Part shown: one piece after another, positions 59,381 through 64,000 of the stretch
How the letters are laid out: each line of letters opens with the position of its first letter
How positions within the stretch are numbered: position 1 is the stretch's first letter
Assembly: GCA_047947115.1 (NCBI GenBank)
Contig: CP170459.1
Location: forward strand, 1,568,001-1,632,000
From: Verrucomicrobiota bacterium
Lineage (GTDB): Bacteria; Verrucomicrobiota; Verrucomicrobiia; Limisphaerales; AAA164-E04
Direction: 5' to 3'
Length of the DNA stretch: 64,000 bases
Translations under genes and position numbers: made by a program
The notes under the pieces: generated by a model
Database searches by the model: none
Told to the model about the DNA's origin: nothing
Seen by the model: only the letters and a program-made list of their open reading frames with translations

Positions 59381-60544
59381 ATGTTTGAATTGTTGAAGAC
59401 AGATACCACCAGTAAAGCGCGCCGAGGTCGTTTGACCACAGCGCATGGGGTGATCGAAACGCCGGTGTTCATGCCTGTGGGGACTCAGGCGAGTGTGAAG
59501 GCTTTGGATCCTCGGGAATTGCTTGAGATGGGGACTCAGATTCTGCTGGGTAATACCTATCACCTGGCCTTGCGTCCGGGCATGGACATCATGAATGAGG
59601 CCGGCGGCTTGCATCGGTTCATGAATTGGGATTTGCCGATTCTCACCGACAGCGGGGGGTTTCAGGTGTTCAGTCTTGCCAAAATTCGCAAAGTGCAACG
59701 CGACGGGGTGGAGTTTCGGTCTCATCTGGATGGTTCGCCGTTGTTCCTGGGTCCCAAAGAAGCCATGGCCATTCAACGACAGATCGGCTCGGACATTGCC
59801 ATGGTGTTTGATCAATGTCCGAACCACGATGCGCCTGAGGGCGAAATGAAGGAAGCGGTGGACCGGACCCTTCGTTGGGCGGAGCTATGTCGGGAGCAGC
59901 CTCGAGCGGAGGGGCAGCAGTATTTCGGGATCGTGCAGGGCGGGAGCAATGCCTCGATGCGCGAGTATTGTGCCAAGGAGTTGTGCAAAATGGATTTTGA
60001 CGGGTATGCCATCGGCGGGGTGAGTGTCGGCGAACCGGAACCCGAAATGATGAAAGCGGTGGAATACACCGAACCTTTCCTGCCTGCCAACAAGGCCCGT
60101 TACGCCATGGGGCTGGGAACGCCTGCCCAATTGGTGGAACTGGTGGCGCGTGGTGTGGATATGTTTGATTGCGTGTTGCCGACAAGGGTGGCTCGCAACG
60201 GAACTGCATTCACCAAGAAGGGAACGATCAGCATCAAGGCAGGGTATGCCAAACGTGACTGGAATCCGATCGAAGAGGATTGCGAGTGCTATGCCTGCCG
60301 TCATTTCACCAAGGCCTATTTACGGCATCTGCTCAATGTGAACGAGATTCTGGGACTGCGGATGCTCAGTGTGCACAACAGTCACATGTTTTTGGAACTG
60401 ATGCGTGATATTCGTTCACATCTGGACAACGGGACATTTGGCGAGTTCAGGAAGGAATTTATCGCCGGATACCAACCAACCCTGAAAGTGTTGGAGCAGC
60501 GGGCCAAACATGCTGCGGCACAGCAGGAATTTCTTTCAAATTAA
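59381..60544 (+). CDS. tgt: tRNA-guanine transglycosylase
   Basis: TPVFMPVGT, NTYHL, TDSGGFQVFSL, DMFDCVLPTR, zinc site CECYAC...H. Confidence 0.97.
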   Translation: MFELLKTDTTSKARRGRLTTAHGVIETPVFMPVGTQASVKALDPRELLEMGTQILLGNTYHLALRPGMDIMNEAGGLHRFMNWDLPILTDSGGFQVFSLAKIRKVQRDGVEFRSHLDGSPLFLGPKEAMAIQRQIGSDIAMVFDQCPNHDAPEGEMKEAVDRTLRWAELCREQPRAEGQQYFGIVQGGSNASMREYCAKELCKMDFDGYAIGGVSVGEPEPEMMKAVEYTEPFLPANKARYAMGLGTPAQLVELVARGVDMFDCVLPTRVARNGTAFTKKGTISIKAGYAKRDWNPIEEDCECYACRHFTKAYLRHLLNVNEILGLRMLSVHNSHMFLELMRDIRSHLDNGTFGEFRKEFIAGYQPTLKVLEQRAKHAAAQQEFLSN

Positions 60545-60608
60545 GCTGAATTAGAAGGTTTGCATCCCGCCAGGTTTAGGGTAGTTTAGCTCCAATTCAA
60601 ATAGCTTT

Positions 60609-63086
60609 ATGGAACTGCCCGGGCAAATAGTCGTATCTTACCCGCAGTGGCTGCCCGGCATTATGGGTGGCTTTGCGGTCTTTTTGTTGATCCTTGCCTG
60701 GACCTACCGTGGCACGGGAATGTCCTTGGGGCGGCGTTTATTCTGCATTCTGCTCAAGGGGGTTGCAGTGGCGCTTTTGTTACTTTGTCTGCTTGAACCC
60801 CAGCTTACCCGCCAGAAACCTGAAGCAGGTGCCAATTACTTCGCTGTGATGGCGGACAACAGCCAGAGCATGTCCATTTTTGATCCAGGCCTGAACCGTA
60901 CCCGGGCAGAGGCCGTCACGGGAATGTTGGTGACCGAGACTGGTCAATGGCGATCGAATTTGGAGGACATGTTTCAGGTGCGAAAATACGGGATGGATTC
61001 GCGTCTTCATGGATTGAGAGATTTTTCGGAACTGACTTTTGATGGTGGGGCCACCGGGCTTGGAGCGGCTTTGCGGCAGTTGGCATCCCGGTTTCAGGAT
61101 CAACCCCTGGCTGGTATGCTGCTGGTCAGTGACGGCAACGCCACGGATGGCAGCGATGCTTCTGCTTTGGATTTGAGCGGATTGCCTCCAGTCTATCCGG
61201 TGGTGGTGGGTTCTGATCAGACCTCCCGTGATGTGTCCATTCGAAACATGGCAGTCAATCAGACCGCCTTTGAGGATGCCCCTGTTACACTGCGTGCGGA
61301 TGTGGATGTGGTTGGATTCGGAGGTAAGGAAGTGGTGGCAAGGTTGTATGAAGCTGATTTTACGGCCAAACCTGATTCCATATCGACGCCCGATTCACTT
61401 CAAACGGACGCAGGTTCGCTCGAGCAAGAGCCTTTGGACAGCCAGTCACAGGGTGTTTCGAGTGATCAGACCACATTGACTTACAGATTTCAGTTTCGTC
61501 CCAGTCGCGCGGGTGTGTCCTTTTATCGGTTGGAAGTATCTGCGCTGGATGAAAGTTCGGGCCCGGGGCCCAGAGAGGAACTGGAAGAGGCCACCCTTGC
61601 CAATAATCAACGCCTGGCGGTGGTGGACCGGGACTCCGAACCTCATCGTGTTTTATACGTCTCCGGTCGTCCCAACTGGGAATATAAATTCTTGAATCGT
61701 TCCCTGGCCGAGGATGATCAGGTGCAGTTGGTCGGGTTGATTCGCATTGCCAAGAGCGCTCCGAAATTTGAATTCAAGGGCCGACGTGGAGAAACCAGCA
61801 ACCCGCTTTATCGTGGGTTTGACAAGAAAGATGAATTTACCGAGCAGTTGGATCAGGCGGTGTTCACTCGCATGAACATCAAGGACGAGTCCGAACTCGT
61901 GAGCGGATTTCCCAAGCGCGCCGAAGATCTATTCGGTTACACCGCCATCATTCTGGATGACTTGGAATCCGAATTCTTCACCAGGGACCAGATGAGCCTG
62001 TTGCAGAAATTTGTTTCCGAGCGCGGCGGGGGATTGATGATGCTTGGAGGTTACGAATCTCTGACACGCGGTGAATATGAGGATACACCCCTGGGACGTA
62101 TGCTGCCTGTTTATCTGGACTCAGGGCGAAACTTGCAGGGAGTGGAGAAGGTTTCGCTGGAGTTGACGCGTGAAGGGTGGTTGCAACCATGGATACGATT
62201 GCGTGCCACCGAATCTCTGGAGCAGGAACGACTTTCTTCCATGCCGGAATTCAAGGTCATCAACCTGGTCAAGGAAGTCAAACCCGGTGCCTCGGTCCTG
62301 ATGCAGGCCAAGGATCCGTATTCCGGAAATACTTATCCTGCATTGATCAGTCAAAGATATGGATCGGGCCGCACGATGGTCATGGCGGTGGGAGATCTCT
62401 GGCGTTGGCAGATGCATGACAAGACGGACAGTGGTGATCTGGGCAAAGCCTGGCGGCAGATGGTGAGAGGCTTGATTGCGGATGTTCCAGGCAGAATCAA
62501 AGTTGATCTCGAACGGGAGCACTCCGAGGCCGGAGCCGCCATGAAGGTGAACGTGGTGGTAAGGGATGAAAAATACTGGCCGATCGATAATGCGAATGTG
62601 CGTTTGACGGTCAAGACCTTGGCCTCAGACCCGAAGGAATCCGGTGGAGCAGATGAAGGTGCATCGGATGAATTGAATTCGGAAGTGGTCATCAACGCCG
62701 AACCCAGCATTCGTGAACCGGGCCTGTATGAGGCGACCTACATCCCGCGCATCTCCGGTGGTTATCATTTGGGGGTTGAGGTGACCGATGCAAACGGTCT
62801 GGTGATTGCCCGCGACGAAGCCGGGTGGACCAATGACCCGAGCGCTGAAGAGTTTCAATCCCTGGTGCCCAATCGGGCCTGGATGGATGCCGTGGCGCAG
62901 AAGACCGGAGGGCGTGTGTTGAAGCAAAGTGATCTCGACAGCTGGGCATCGGAACTTCAATTCGAAGCCGCCCCCATCATGGAAACCATTTCCACCCCGC
63001 TCTGGCATACGCCTTATCTGTTCGGAGCTGCCATGGTTTTGTTTGCGTTGGAATGGTACTTACGAAGAAAGAGAGGTTTGGCATGA
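60609..63086 (+). CDS. Membrane-anchored vWA / glutamine-amidotransferase-like (DUF1355-type) domain protein
   Basis: N-terminal TMs, MIDAS-like DNSQSM and SDGNATD, VLYVSGRPNWEYKFL, GGGLMMLGG, C-terminal TM ALEWYLRRKRGL. Confidence 0.7.
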   Translation: MELPGQIVVSYPQWLPGIMGGFAVFLLILAWTYRGTGMSLGRRLFCILLKGVAVALLLLCLLEPQLTRQKPEAGANYFAVMADNSQSMSIFDPGLNRTRAEAVTGMLVTETGQWRSNLEDMFQVRKYGMDSRLHGLRDFSELTFDGGATGLGAALRQLASRFQDQPLAGMLLVSDGNATDGSDASALDLSGLPPVYPVVVGSDQTSRDVSIRNMAVNQTAFEDAPVTLRADVDVVGFGGKEVVARLYEADFTAKPDSISTPDSLQTDAGSLEQEPLDSQSQGVSSDQTTLTYRFQFRPSRAGVSFYRLEVSALDESSGPGPREELEEATLANNQRLAVVDRDSEPHRVLYVSGRPNWEYKFLNRSLAEDDQVQLVGLIRIAKSAPKFEFKGRRGETSNPLYRGFDKKDEFTEQLDQAVFTRMNIKDESELVSGFPKRAEDLFGYTAIILDDLESEFFTRDQMSLLQKFVSERGGGLMMLGGYESLTRGEYEDTPLGRMLPVYLDSGRNLQGVEKVSLELTREGWLQPWIRLRATESLEQERLSSMPEFKVINLVKEVKPGASVLMQAKDPYSGNTYPALISQRYGSGRTMVMAVGDLWRWQMHDKTDSGDLGKAWRQMVRGLIADVPGRIKVDLEREHSEAGAAMKVNVVVRDEKYWPIDNANVRLTVKTLASDPKESGGADEGASDELNSEVVINAEPSIREPGLYEATYIPRISGGYHLGVEVTDANGLVIARDEAGWTNDPSAEEFQSLVPNRAWMDAVAQKTGGRVLKQSDLDSWASELQFEAAPIMETISTPLWHTPYLFGAAMVLFALEWYLRRKRGLA

Positions 63087-64000
63087 TCGTTTCCATGAAG
63101 AAGAAATGGATTCACACCGCGGTTGCCTGCGTGTTGATCCTGTTGATCAACCCTGGACTTGCGGCTGCCGAAAAAAGTGCCGAGGCTTCATTAGGCGGGG
63201 CCGGTAAGGCTGACTTGTTGATTGTAGTAGGAGCGGGCGGTCTCGAGCAGTATCAGGAATTGTTTTCCGAATGGACATCCATGCTTCGGAGTGTTGGTGC
63301 TCAAGCGCAGGCCAATGTCACGGTCGTCGGCCCCGAATTGCCGGAAGGAAGCACCGGGGATCTGAAGGACCAACTTCAGTCCACGATCGAATCCCTTTCC
63401 GCCGAAACGAGCGAACCGTTGTGGATTGCCATGATTGGTCACGGCACCTTTGATGGACGGACGGCAAAATTCAATATGGCCGGTCCCGATGTATCGAGTC
63501 AGGAATTGGCCGAGTGGTTGAAGCCGTTGAAACGACCGTTGGCGGTCATGAACACCGCATCCGCATCCGCTCCGTTTTTGAATGCCCTATCGGGTCCCAA
63601 CCGAGTGATTCTTACTGCCACCCGTGACGGATTCGAGCTCAACTTCGCGCGATTCGGTTCCTACCTGGTGAAGGCGTTGGGAAGTTCGACAGCCGATTTG
63701 GACAAGGATGGTCAAACGTCCCTGCTGGAAGCGTTTATCATGGCATCGCGCCAAGTGGACGAGTTCTACGAAGTGGAAGGGCGTTTGGCTTCAGAACATG
63801 CTTTGCTTGATGATACCGGTGATCAAAAGGGGATTGCTGCTGATTGGTTCAAGGGGGTGCGCCCCGTGAAACAACCCGAAGGCCAATCCAAACCGGACGG
63901 ACGCATTGCCAGTCAGTTTCACCTGCTTGAAAATACTCTGGAGAAACAAATGTCACCGGAAATCAAGCAGCGCCGTGATGAACTGGAACAGGCCATCTTC
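63083..64000 (+). CDS. Secreted caspase/C13-like-fold protein, runs off window edge
   Basis: Not in ORF track; manual translation MIVSMKKKWIHTAVACVLILL...LLIVVGAGG...WIAMIGHGTFDG...NTASASAPF...ILTATR...ADLDKDGQTSLLEAF; open to 64000; ATGA overlap. Confidence 0.7.
   Translation, partial: MIVSMKKKWIHTAVACVLILLINPGLAAAEKSAEASLGGAGKADLLIVVGAGGLEQYQELFSEWTSMLRSVGAQAQANVTVVGPELPEGSTGDLKDQLQSTIESLSAETSEPLWIAMIGHGTFDGRTAKFNMAGPDVSSQELAEWLKPLKRPLAVMNTASASAPFLNALSGPNRVILTATRDGFELNFARFGSYLVKALGSSTADLDKDGQTSLLEAFIMASRQVDEFYEVEGRLASEHALLDDTGDQKGIAADWFKGVRPVKQPEGQSKPDGRIASQFHLLENTLEKQMSPEIKQRRDELEQAIF

Noticed and set aside
58254..59396. 380-aa plus-strand ORF and similar long ORFs opposite pnp, dnaE, glnS, lpxA and the CHRD gene
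   Set aside because: Antisense shadows of well-supported genes, expected from codon bias

Overview
A bacterial chromosomal window of about 40 genes with no rRNA, tRNA, CRISPR array or intact transposase. The gene repertoire (LpxC-FabZ fusion, giant lamin-tail/CotH and MBG surface proteins, sulfatases, multiheme cytochrome plus propeller pair) suggests Verrucomicrobiota; this is inference. Housekeeping genes: glnS, dnaE, hspQ, surE, carA, rpsO, pnp, lpxC-fabZ, lpxA, tex, tgt and a SMUG1-type uracil-DNA glycosylase. Accessory genes cover carbohydrate/sulfate catabolism, redox and cell-surface proteins. Main observations: (1) a likely orphan GrdB/PrdB-family selenoprotein split in two by the ORF track at an in-frame TGA, with a UxxC motif and SECIS-like hairpin (43930-44694, minus); (2) three unrelated large secreted proteins share a ~60-aa module ending F/Y-Y/F-R/Q-L/V, a candidate sorting/export signal; (3) a GTAG-REP doublet (REPIN/BIME-like) family with 123-bp period at two loci; (4) a ~120-aa soluble domain inserted in a flippase; (5) a highly structured rpsO-pnp intergenic RNA; (6) an internally deleted AAA/DUF4143-type pseudogene. 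Family assignments come from motif recognition, not database searches.
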